Assembly: GCA_024407725.1 (NCBI GenBank)
Contig: JAKSVZ010000002.1
Location: 1-32,000, forward strand
From: Opitutales bacterium
GTDB lineage: Bacteria; Verrucomicrobiota; Verrucomicrobiia; Opitutales; UBA9783
Reading direction: 5' to 3'
DNA length: 32,000 bases
The notes under the pieces are model-generated. The model ran no database searches. It saw only the letters and a program-made list of their open reading frames with translations, and was not told where the DNA came from. Positions 9,365 to 17,580 of this stretch are shown in pieces. The stretch's first letter is position 1, and each line of letters starts with the position of its first letter. The translations under genes were made by a program, and so were the position numbers.

Positions 9365-11851
9365 ATGAAACAGCTGGTAATTGCTGAAAAACCAAGCGTT
9401 GCGAAAGATTTAGCGAAAGCGCTAGGGGGATTTAAGACTAATAAAGCCGGATATTTTGAGCGGGATGATATGATTTTATCTTCCGCCTTAGGACATTTGG
9501 TAGAGTTGTATTTACCCGGAGACATTGATAAAAAATATAAATTTTGGACACTCAAAAATTTGCCCATTTTACCGGAAAAATTTCAACTAAAGCCCATTGA
9601 AAAAAGCGCTGAGCGTTTCCATTTTTTAAAAAAGCTGATGGAGCGTTCGGATGTATCAGGGTTAATCAATGCCTGTGATGCCGGTCGCGAAGGGGAATTG
9701 ATTTTTGCGTATCTATGTGAATTGGCGAATTGTAAAAAACCCACGCAACGGTTATGGCTTTCATCCATGACGCCTGATGCCATCCGCGATGCCTTTGATC
9801 ATCTACGAAGCGCCGAAAGTATGCAGTCGTTAGAAGCTGCCGCCCGTTGCCGTTCTGAAGCGGATTGGTTGGTAGGAATCAATGGAACGCGTGCGGTTAC
9901 CGGACGTATGATGGGGAATCGCTCAAAAGATGTTGCGAGCGTCGGTCGAGTGCAAACTCCTACCTTGGCACTGATTTGCGAACGCGAACAAGAAATTCGC
10001 GACTTCAAACCCACTCCTTTTTGGACCCTAGAAGGAACGTTTAAGTTGCACTCAGGTACTTATACGGGTTGGCTTCAGCGCCCAAACTTTAAAAAGCAAC
10101 AGGAAGCAGATCGCAGTGACCGTTTTTGGAAGGAATCGGAAACGCAAGCCTTAATAACCCAACTTAATAGCCTTAAGCCAACGGATTGGGTGGTTCAGGA
10201 CAGCCAAAAACTATCCAAAACAGCTGCTCCGCGTTTGTTTGACTTAACCTCCTTGCAACGTACCTGCAACCAACGCTTTGGGTATTCGGCAAAATTTACG
10301 TTGGATATGGCGCAAAGTTTGTATGAAAAGCATAAAGCGCTCACATACCCCCGTACCGATTCGCGTGCCTTGCCTGAAGATTATGGACCAACCTGTATTA
10401 ACATCCTTAAAAAATTAAGCGGGGCTTATGCACCTTTAGCAACTAAGGTGATTGAACATCATTGGGTCAATCCTCAGTCGAAAATCATTTTTAATAACAA
10501 AGCAATTTCAGACCACTTTGCTATTATTCCAACCGAAATTGCTCCCAAGGAGCTCAAGGAAAGCGAACGAAAGGTATACGATTGCGTTGTACGACGCTTT
10601 ATTGCTGCCTTTTTTCCACCTGCTGAATTTTCAACCACTACACGCTTAACCACTCAGGCTGAGTTAACCTTTAAAACAGAAGGGAAGATACTCGTTCAAC
10701 CGGGGTGGTTAGAAGTAACCGGAAAGCCAGAATCAAAAGAAGAACTGCCTGCCTTAACCCCTGACGATCAGGAGCATGCAACCAGCGAGGCTTTTCAGGT
10801 TCAAGCAGACGAAACGCATCCACCCGCTCGCTTCACCGAAGCGACCTTGTTAACCAGCATGGAGCACGCAGGTCAACAAGTGGAAGATGCGGAATGGGCT
10901 GAAGCCATGAAAGAACGTGGATTAGGAACTCCTGCCACACGCGCTCAAATCATTGAGAATTTAATCGGAGTTCATTATCTCGAACGGGTTGAAAAGCATC
11001 TATGTCCTACGCCTAAAGCTGAACAGCTATTAGCGTTTTTAAACCTAACGCAGGTGCAAGACTTAGCAAGTCCAACCCTTACGGGCGAATGGGAGTATCG
11101 GTTAAATCAGATCCAAGATGGATCTCTGAATCGTGAACAATTCATGGAAGATATAAAGACGATGACAAAGCAGCTCGTGGAAAAGATTACCACGTTCCAA
11201 GACTATCAAAACACGCTAAAGGTGCTAGCTCCAACCGACGGGAAACCAATGATTGAAACCTTTCGGTCGTATCAATCCCAAGATGGCACCTTGGTGATTT
11301 ACAAAACCATCGGTAACCGCAAGTTATCGCTTGAAGAGCTCGGTACGCTGATCAACCAAAAGCGGATTGGACCCCTGACCGGCTTTACCTCTAAATTAGG
11401 CAAGCTTTATACGGCTTCGCTTGTTTTAGGCGATGATTATAAGGTGAAGTTTGAGTTTGAATCCAAAACCGAATCAGCTCCAATCGATTTAAGCCTATGC
11501 GAATGGATCGGAACCTGCCCCCTCTGCGGAGCTAAGGTTTATGTGAATGACCAATCCTTGGTATGTGAACATTTTTTGGAAAAAACCTGCGGATTGCGCA
11601 TCAAACGCACGATTTTGGACTATACCTTATCGAACGATCAGTTGGTATACTTGTTAAAAAATGGTAAAACAGAGCTGATTACTCGCTTTAAATCAAAACG
11701 AACTGGAAAGTTTTTCTCAGCCTATTTGGTGCTCAACAAAAACGGTTCTCTCAGCTTTGAATTTGAGTCCAAAGCCACCAAGGCTACCGATGAAAAGCAG
11801 CCGAAAAAGGCGAAAAAAGCGAAAGCTAAAACAAAAACAAAATCAGCTTAA
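9365..11851 (+). CDS. topB: DNA topoisomerase III (type IA) with two C-terminal repeat modules, a Zn-ribbon and a Lys-rich tail
   Basis: Toprim start MKQLVIAEKPSVAKD. CDAGREGE acidic box. Active-site Tyr context LTYPRTDSRALP. C-terminal CPLCGAKV...CEH ribbon flanked by GKLYTASLVLGDDYKVKFEFE and GKFFSAYLVLNKNGSLSFEFE. Tail is KKAKKAKAKTKTK. I prefer the ATG at 9365 to the ORF-track start at 9293. Confidence 0.85.
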   Translation: MKQLVIAEKPSVAKDLAKALGGFKTNKAGYFERDDMILSSALGHLVELYLPGDIDKKYKFWTLKNLPILPEKFQLKPIEKSAERFHFLKKLMERSDVSGLINACDAGREGELIFAYLCELANCKKPTQRLWLSSMTPDAIRDAFDHLRSAESMQSLEAAARCRSEADWLVGINGTRAVTGRMMGNRSKDVASVGRVQTPTLALICEREQEIRDFKPTPFWTLEGTFKLHSGTYTGWLQRPNFKKQQEADRSDRFWKESETQALITQLNSLKPTDWVVQDSQKLSKTAAPRLFDLTSLQRTCNQRFGYSAKFTLDMAQSLYEKHKALTYPRTDSRALPEDYGPTCINILKKLSGAYAPLATKVIEHHWVNPQSKIIFNNKAISDHFAIIPTEIAPKELKESERKVYDCVVRRFIAAFFPPAEFSTTTRLTTQAELTFKTEGKILVQPGWLEVTGKPESKEELPALTPDDQEHATSEAFQVQADETHPPARFTEATLLTSMEHAGQQVEDAEWAEAMKERGLGTPATRAQIIENLIGVHYLERVEKHLCPTPKAEQLLAFLNLTQVQDLASPTLTGEWEYRLNQIQDGSLNREQFMEDIKTMTKQLVEKITTFQDYQNTLKVLAPTDGKPMIETFRSYQSQDGTLVIYKTIGNRKLSLEELGTLINQKRIGPLTGFTSKLGKLYTASLVLGDDYKVKFEFESKTESAPIDLSLCEWIGTCPLCGAKVYVNDQSLVCEHFLEKTCGLRIKRTILDYTLSNDQLVYLLKNGKTELITRFKSKRTGKFFSAYLVLNKNGSLSFEFESKATKATDEKQPKKAKKAKAKTKTKSA

Positions 11852-12874
11852 CGCGGTTTTGATGATTTCCCAATAACGGCGCACTCTCCACGAATAATGG
11901 GGCTGGAAGAACGTACAATCTCCGCCTTCATAATTTACCAAACCGGTTGACATACAATCTTTGCAAAAATCAACCTTTTGATGCCATAATGGTAGATTTT
12001 CTTTCGTAACATCAAAAACGCTTCCAATGGGTTCTTGAATATTACAACAGGCTATAATTTCTCCCTTTGCGTTCATAGCCAATTGATGATCAAACCAATA
12101 ACAGGTTTTAGATGGTTTAAAGCATTTTGCATTTAATCCCATCAAAAGATCTTCAACGAGGCATTTTAAATATTCTTGTGGTAAAGTATTTTTAATATAT
12201 TGCATCCAGATTTTAAAATCTAATGGAATTGCGTAATAAGGGATAAGCATAACGTTCAACGATTTTGCAAATTCGTAGGCCGCTGGAATTTCATGAATAT
12301 TGAACTGATACACATGAAAACGAATCATAATTCGTCCGATACATCCTCGTTGTCTCAACGTGCGGACCAATGTACGAATATTGTTTTTGATGTGTTCGAA
12401 ATCAAAACGATGAATCCGATCGTAGGATGCCTGGCTAAAACCACACATGGAAATGAACATAGACATAATTGGGCTTGCATCAAAGGTGCTGGGCAACGAT
12501 GGCAAAACATTCGCATTAGTGCTTAAATCCAACAAACATTGCTCTTCGTTTGCGATTTCAACAATTTTTGCAAACTCCGGGTGCAGTAGCGGTTCATACC
12601 AAATATATAAAATTAATTCACTACCAACCGTTAAAAAACCTTTTGCCTTTAAATCCTTAATAATCCTTCGGAAAAGCTCTACATCCATGAATCGATTACC
12701 TTCGCAGACAACAGGCGCATGGTTACGGTTCGCCATTCCCGTTGGGCAAAAATAACATTGAGCGTTACATACCTGACTAATATCCATCAACACCTGATTC
12801 TTTGCTGAATCGGGTAGTTTGCGGTACGCATTAATGCGTTTAATCGTCGATAGGGTTTTTAGGATCTGGGGCAT
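11843..12874 (-). CDS. Radical-SAM enzyme with SPASM/twitch-like Cys-rich C-terminus (paralogue 1, most divergent)
   Basis: CNAQCYFC (CX3CX2C), YEPLLHPEF and LSTNA motifs. C-terminal cysteines KTC...IIACC...FCKDC. Its 3' end overlaps the topB 3' end by 9 bp (convergent). Confidence 0.75.
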   Translation of the reverse strand: MPQILKTLSTIKRINAYRKLPDSAKNQVLMDISQVCNAQCYFCPTGMANRNHAPVVCEGNRFMDVELFRRIIKDLKAKGFLTVGSELILYIWYEPLLHPEFAKIVEIANEEQCLLDLSTNANVLPSLPSTFDASPIMSMFISMCGFSQASYDRIHRFDFEHIKNNIRTLVRTLRQRGCIGRIMIRFHVYQFNIHEIPAAYEFAKSLNVMLIPYYAIPLDFKIWMQYIKNTLPQEYLKCLVEDLLMGLNAKCFKPSKTCYWFDHQLAMNAKGEIIACCNIQEPIGSVFDVTKENLPLWHQKVDFCKDCMSTGLVNYEGGDCTFFQPHYSWRVRRYWEIIKTALS

Positions 12875-12914
12875 TTTTTAAAATGATATTAACATTATCG
12901 TTTGTATGTAAATT

Positions 12915-13973
12915 TTACAAAAAGTATGATAAAGATGGTAAATCGAATTCATCGTTGTCTTCACACTGTATACGCGGGACACCTGCTGCCTTGCAGGTTT
13001 TACAGAATTCAGACGTAGCATAATATGCCTGCAAGCTTTCTGGGGTCATGTTAAATAAACTGCCTATAGGTTTTGGGAACATAACACAAACATTTAAATC
13101 CCCATCCGGATTAATACAGATGTCCGTAAAGGAACATGTATTTACCGGTCCTCTTGGATGGCTACCATGAAACAAATACTGAGACATTAGTGTTAGATAA
13201 TCTACAGGTAACTCTCGATTGTGGTATTTTAAAGCTCGTTCTCCATCCACAAGAAAAGCCCATACGGGCCAAAATCCTATATGTAACGAGCGTGCAAATT
13301 CGGCTGCAGCTTTAATTTCATGTGTGTTAAATTGATAAACATGAAATATTAATGTAAAATATCCTATACAACCATGTGCACGAAATTCATGAACTACTGA
13401 TGCAATATTTTTCTTACACTGTTCAAAATCACTCATAAAAATCTTATCGTAAGATTTTTGACTAAACCCACACATGCTCAGTCTAAAGAAGGAAACACAA
13501 GATGCATCAAATTTATCAGAAAATTTAGGTAAGAAAATTCCATTAGTAGATAAAGAAATGTGACGTTTTTTACGAGTTATGTAATCCATAAACCGTTCGA
13601 ATTCCGGGTGCAGCATAGGTTCGCCCCAGTTATACAAAGCAACCATCTGGTTGTTGTTTGTATGCAAAAAATGCTGTTTTTCTAGGTAATCCAGGATTTT
13701 TTTAAAAAGTTCAAAATCCATAAAATGACCTTTTTCAGTCGGAGCACACCCGTTGCGATTTTTATTTCCGGTTGAACAAAATATACACTTAGAATTACAT
13801 ACGTTGCCTATATCTATATAAAATCCTGTCTCTTTCAGGCATTGTCGATAAGACAAAACGCGTTTTAATGCTTCAAGTTTATTAGGGATAAACTTTGATG
13901 TGCTAATTGTTTTAAGAATCTCCCAGCGTTGAGCTAATTTCAAACATTGATCAATTCGAAATAACTTATTCAT
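12915..13973 (-). CDS. Radical-SAM enzyme with SPASM/twitch-like Cys-rich C-terminus (paralogue 2)
   Basis: CNSKCIFC, NWGEPMLHPEF, LSTNG, C-SFTDI-C-INPDGDLNV-C and FCKTC motifs. Acidic tail CEDNDEFDL. AGGA ribosome-binding site 5 nt before the ATG. Confidence 0.78.
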   Translation of the reverse strand: MNKLFRIDQCLKLAQRWEILKTISTSKFIPNKLEALKRVLSYRQCLKETGFYIDIGNVCNSKCIFCSTGNKNRNGCAPTEKGHFMDFELFKKILDYLEKQHFLHTNNNQMVALYNWGEPMLHPEFERFMDYITRKKRHISLSTNGIFLPKFSDKFDASCVSFFRLSMCGFSQKSYDKIFMSDFEQCKKNIASVVHEFRAHGCIGYFTLIFHVYQFNTHEIKAAAEFARSLHIGFWPVWAFLVDGERALKYHNRELPVDYLTLMSQYLFHGSHPRGPVNTCSFTDICINPDGDLNVCVMFPKPIGSLFNMTPESLQAYYATSEFCKTCKAAGVPRIQCEDNDEFDLPSLSYFL

Positions 13974-14171
13974 ATTATCCTAAACGTAACCTATTGTTTT
14001 TGTAAGTACAACTTATTTTATCAGCCATTGGTTTCTTAAAAAGAAAGATTCTGATATACTAAATTATAATTATAAATTTATGCTAGGTATTACCCAAACC
14101 CCGTTATTCAGCCTTTTAGGGCAAAAAATAGCGGAAGATCCGTTTCGGCTGATCAGTGCGGTTATTTTCTT
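13963..14171. repeat. 209-bp exact duplicate (copy A) of 15396-15604
   Basis: Base-for-base identical by eye at an offset of 1433 bp. It covers the first 11 nt of the radical-SAM gene, the whole divergent intergenic region and the first 92 nt of the membrane-protein ORF. Confidence 0.9.
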
Positions 14172-14214
14172 GTGTGCTATTTTACATATCTGTGCGACAT
14201 TTATCCGCACTTGA
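14080..14214 (+). pseudogene. Truncated duplicate of the 5' end of the 15513 membrane-protein gene; retained as a 44-codon ORF
   Basis: Encodes MLGITQTPLFSLLGQKIAEDPFRLISAVIFLCAILHICATFIRT*. Residues 1-36 are identical to the full-length protein and the upstream region is the same. The ORF terminates just after the duplication junction. Confidence 0.8.
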
Positions 14215-14291
14215 TCATTTGCTGATTCGGGCAGTTTCCGATAAGCCTAGATGTGTTTAATAATTGATAAGATTTTTTAAGATCTTACTTG
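14184..14291 (-). pseudogene. Decayed relic of the 5' end of a paralogue-1-like radical-SAM gene
   Basis: Aligns to 12767-12874. The minus-strand read IKHI*AYRKLPESANDQVRINVAQIC matches IKRINAYRKLPDSAKNQVLMDISQVC. The start codon is lost and there is an in-frame TAG. Confidence 0.75.
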
Positions 14292-14344
14292 TGAGTAAAT
14301 AAATGAAATTGTTTTATGATCCACTTTATCTCAATTACAATCAT

Positions 14345-15406
14345 TTATAAATAATACTTCAAAGCACGTAAATCGAATTCGTCGTCATCTTCGCACAATA
14401 AACGCGGAAACCCTGCAGCTTTGCATTCTGTGCAAAACGGATAAGAATCACACAACGCTTTCCAGGAATCAGGTGTCATATCAAAAATGCTACCCATAGA
14501 CTCTCGAAACATACAACATCGATGTACTCCTCCTCGTGGATTAATACAGAGTTGTGCAAAATGACATGTGTTAACGGGACCACGTTTATGGCCTCCATAA
14601 AACAAGTATTGAAACATTTTACTCAAATATTCTGTTGGTAATTCTCCTTTTAAAAACTGCATGCCTCGCTTTCCATCCACTTGATATGCCCAAACTGGCC
14701 AAAAATCTATATGTAGCGATCGTGCAAATTCAGCCGCTGCTTGAATTTCATGTGTATTAAATTGATAAACACAAAAAATCAAACCAAAACCCCCAATATA
14801 TCCATGATGTGCACGAAGATTTTTAACAAGCGTTGCAATATTGCGTTTACATTGTTCAAAATCCGCCATGAAAATTTTATCGTATGAAGCCTGACTAAAG
14901 CCACACATTGTGAATCTAATAAAACGAATAGAAGATGCATTAACATTTGCCGAAAATTTAGGAAGATAGATTCCATTGGTGGATAACACAATTTTTCGTT
15001 TCTCTTGCGTTAAATAATCAATAATACGCTCGAATTCCGGATGAAGTAAGGGTTCTCCCCAGTTATACAAAGAAATTCGTTGATCTTTTGGGGTATGTAT
15101 AAAACCCACTTCTTTAAGATGAGTCCAAACCTGTTTAAAAAATTCAAAGTTCATAAAGCTGCCTCTTTCTTCAGAGGAGCATCCGTTGCGATTTTTAATG
15201 CCGGTCGAACAAAATAAACATTTCGAATTACACACGTCTCCGATATCAAGGAATATATTATCTACATCCATCTCATGCCGATAACATACTAACTGCTTGA
15301 TAGCCTTTAGTTTATTTGGCACAAATTTTGAAGTACTGATCGTTTTTAAAATTTCTAAAGCTTGATATAGTTTTAGGTGCCTACGCAACCGAAACAACTT
15401 ATTCAT
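14345..15406 (-). CDS. Radical-SAM enzyme with SPASM/twitch-like Cys-rich C-terminus (paralogue 3)
   Basis: CNSKCLFC, NWGEPLLHPEF, LSTNG, C-HFAQL-C-INPRGGVHR-CC and FCTEC motifs. Acidic tail CEDDDEFDL. By hand count, 216 of 352 aligned residues are identical to paralogue 2. Confidence 0.78.
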   Translation of the reverse strand: MNKLFRLRRHLKLYQALEILKTISTSKFVPNKLKAIKQLVCYRHEMDVDNIFLDIGDVCNSKCLFCSTGIKNRNGCSSEERGSFMNFEFFKQVWTHLKEVGFIHTPKDQRISLYNWGEPLLHPEFERIIDYLTQEKRKIVLSTNGIYLPKFSANVNASSIRFIRFTMCGFSQASYDKIFMADFEQCKRNIATLVKNLRAHHGYIGGFGLIFCVYQFNTHEIQAAAEFARSLHIDFWPVWAYQVDGKRGMQFLKGELPTEYLSKMFQYLFYGGHKRGPVNTCHFAQLCINPRGGVHRCCMFRESMGSIFDMTPDSWKALCDSYPFCTECKAAGFPRLLCEDDDEFDLRALKYYL

Positions 15407-15604
15407 ATTATCCTAAACGTAACCTATTGTTTTTGTAAGTACAACTTATTTTATCAGCCATTGGTTTCTTAAAAAGAAAGATTCTGATATACTAAATTAT
15501 AATTATAAATTTATGCTAGGTATTACCCAAACCCCGTTATTCAGCCTTTTAGGGCAAAAAATAGCGGAAGATCCGTTTCGGCTGATCAGTGCGGTTATTT
15601 TCTT
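15396..15604. repeat. 209-bp exact duplicate (copy B) of 13963-14171
   Basis: See copy A. Here the block leads into the intact membrane-protein gene. Confidence 0.9.
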
Positions 15605-16865
15605 ATGCGCCATCCTGCATACCTTTTTCTGCAGTAAATTCAGCACAAAAGCGCGGCAATTGGAGCAGGCGAACTGTGATAGCTACAAAGTATCCATTTT
15701 CCATTGGCTTGGAGAAGTAGAGGTAATTTTTGGATTATGGCTCATTCCGCTTTTATTGAGCTTCATTTGCTTCAAAGGCTGGAATGCCAGTGTTCAGTAT
15801 TTTTCCACGCGGCATTATACCGAACCCATCTTTGTGTGCATCATCATGATGATAGCAGCTACACGTCCTATTTTATACGTAGCAGAACGTTTTATCAATT
15901 TAGCGGTTAACACCCTAGGGGGAGAACGTCCATCCACTTGGTGGTTTTGCATTCTAACCATTGCCCCTTTGTTTGGCTCTCTGATTACCGAACCCGCTGC
16001 GATGACGATTGCTGCCCTGCTCTTGTCGCATAAGGTTTTTGTTTACAAACCGAACGCTTGGTTTTCGTACGCGACCCTAGGCTTGCTGTTCGTTAATGTA
16101 TCCATTGGGGGAACTCTAACCCACTTTGCCGCCCCTCCCATCCTGATGGTAGCCAACACGTGGCATTGGACCACCGCTTATGTATTCTCGCATTTTGGGA
16201 TTAAAACAATCATGAGCGTTATCATCTCAAGCGTACTGTACTTTTTACTCTTTGCCCCTCACTTGCATACGCTCAATAAGCGCGCAAAAATGGAAACGCT
16301 ATCCTCCCAGAATGAACAAAGACTACCGCTGGGAATTATTCTAACCCATGTCGGCTTTTTAACCTGGACGGTGCTCAATGCACACCATACGGCTTTGGTT
16401 GTATTCGGAGGATTGCTATTTTTGATGGTAGCTCAAATCTTTAAAAAGTATCAATCCCCCATGGCGCTCAAAGAATCTCTGTTGGTGGGATGTTTCTTGG
16501 CAGGGCTTGTAACACACGGCGGACTGCAAGAATGGTGGATCGAGGCTGTTTTATCACGGCTCAATGATGCCTGTTTGTTCTACGGATCGGTTATTTTAAC
16601 CTCTTTTAATGATAATGCATCGTTAACCTATCTAGCATCCTTGGTTCCAGCGTTTGCCGATCATTTTCAATTGCAATCAGCGGTGGTTAGCGGCGCAGTG
16701 ATTGGTGGGGGATTAACGGTTATTGCCAATGCACCTAATCCAGCTGGACAATCCATCTTATCCAAGTTTTTTGCCCATAACATCGTAAAGCCCCTACCTT
16801 TGTGCTTAGGTGCTTTATTGCCCACCTGCGTCACGATTTATATCTTCCGCTATTTAATGGGATAG
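15513..16865 (+). CDS. Polytopic inner-membrane protein, probable ion/solute transporter (family not recognised with certainty)
   Basis: 450 aa with roughly 10-12 hydrophobic segments and no soluble domain. Transcribed divergently from the radical-SAM array. Confidence 0.6.
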   Translation: MLGITQTPLFSLLGQKIAEDPFRLISAVIFLCAILHTFFCSKFSTKARQLEQANCDSYKVSIFHWLGEVEVIFGLWLIPLLLSFICFKGWNASVQYFSTRHYTEPIFVCIIMMIAATRPILYVAERFINLAVNTLGGERPSTWWFCILTIAPLFGSLITEPAAMTIAALLLSHKVFVYKPNAWFSYATLGLLFVNVSIGGTLTHFAAPPILMVANTWHWTTAYVFSHFGIKTIMSVIISSVLYFLLFAPHLHTLNKRAKMETLSSQNEQRLPLGIILTHVGFLTWTVLNAHHTALVVFGGLLFLMVAQIFKKYQSPMALKESLLVGCFLAGLVTHGGLQEWWIEAVLSRLNDACLFYGSVILTSFNDNASLTYLASLVPAFADHFQLQSAVVSGAVIGGGLTVIANAPNPAGQSILSKFFAHNIVKPLPLCLGALLPTCVTIYIFRYLMG

Positions 16866-17004
16866 GCTTCTAAAAAAGCAAAACACAAAAAAATTTCGCT
16901 TTTTTAGCGACAGTAAGCCTAAGGGTTATATACTGTTTTTGTCCTTCTAATTTAGCATGAAATGAATTTAAAAGTAAGGATGCTTGGGATCCTTTACTTT
17001 TGAG

Positions 17005-17033
17005 TTGACATTAAGATGAAAAACAGATTAAAT
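17005..17033 (+). promoter_or_regulatory. Candidate promoter TTGACA-N17-TTAAAT
   Basis: Perfect -35, a 17-nt spacer and a 4/6 -10. It lies directly after a strong hairpin (16970-17001) in a gene-free spacer. Confidence 0.35.
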
Positions 17034-17545
17034 TTATCTTAATTTGTATACCATATGCAGTGGACAAAATTATTTTATCCCAACAAGATTTTTTGTCAAG
17101 CTCTTTATAAGAGGGGGATGCTTTGGGGGGACTTTCCCTATTTGTTTTTTATCTGCTAAACGGATCCATTGTACATCACCGAGAAAACACTGATGAAATA
17201 CTCTTTGTGCCTCTGTTTTTTATCGACATGGATTAACAATTACCGTATGATACGGTATTGCCTTTTCTGATTCTGCTTTTCCAAGAAAAAGTTTATTTCA
17301 AAAAAACCATCCTGTCGAGCCTTTTTAAGATAAATCCTAAAAGGATCCTATGGGTTGATTGGGATTTTCCGTCTTTATAAATGAAGGTTAAAACAAGCAA
17401 ACTTACTGTTTTCGCTTGATAGCCCTGTAAAAAAGCAACCGCTCCCAAAGAGGGCATGGGGCATTATAGGTTTATCGTTTAAAAAACCAATTTTTTTAGA
17501 AAAGGCTCATAGTAAAAAGAGAACCTATGAACTTTCGCTTTTTTA

Positions 17546-17574
17546 TTGACATAGGCACATAGGTTGAATAAAAT
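17546..17574 (+). promoter_or_regulatory. Candidate promoter TTGACA-N17-TAAAAT, bracketed by a CATAGGT/ACCTATG inverted repeat
   Basis: Perfect -35, a 17-nt spacer and a 5/6 -10. The inverted-repeat arms at 17558-17564 and 17576-17582 flank the -10. There is no protein gene downstream. Confidence 0.5.
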
Positions 17575-17580
17575 TACCTA

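Noticed and set aside
14285-14344. A 19-codon ORF (MIVIEIKWIIKQFHLFTHK) starting immediately after the radical-SAM-3 stop (TAAATG), considered as a coupled precursor peptide.
   Set aside because: It is AT-rich sequence with no equivalent in the corresponding spacer after radical-SAM-2 (12875-12914), and it has no Cys or other obvious modifiable core. It may be a chance ORF. It is worth only a glance in Ribo-seq data.
11843-15406. The idea that the radical-SAM genes are prokaryotic viperins (the CN.KC.FC motif resembles viperin's CNYKCGFC).
   Set aside because: The Cys-rich C-terminal third and the 50-aa N-terminal extension do not fit what I recall of viperin architecture. The motif similarity alone is generic to radical-SAM enzymes. 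This stays unresolved without profile searches.
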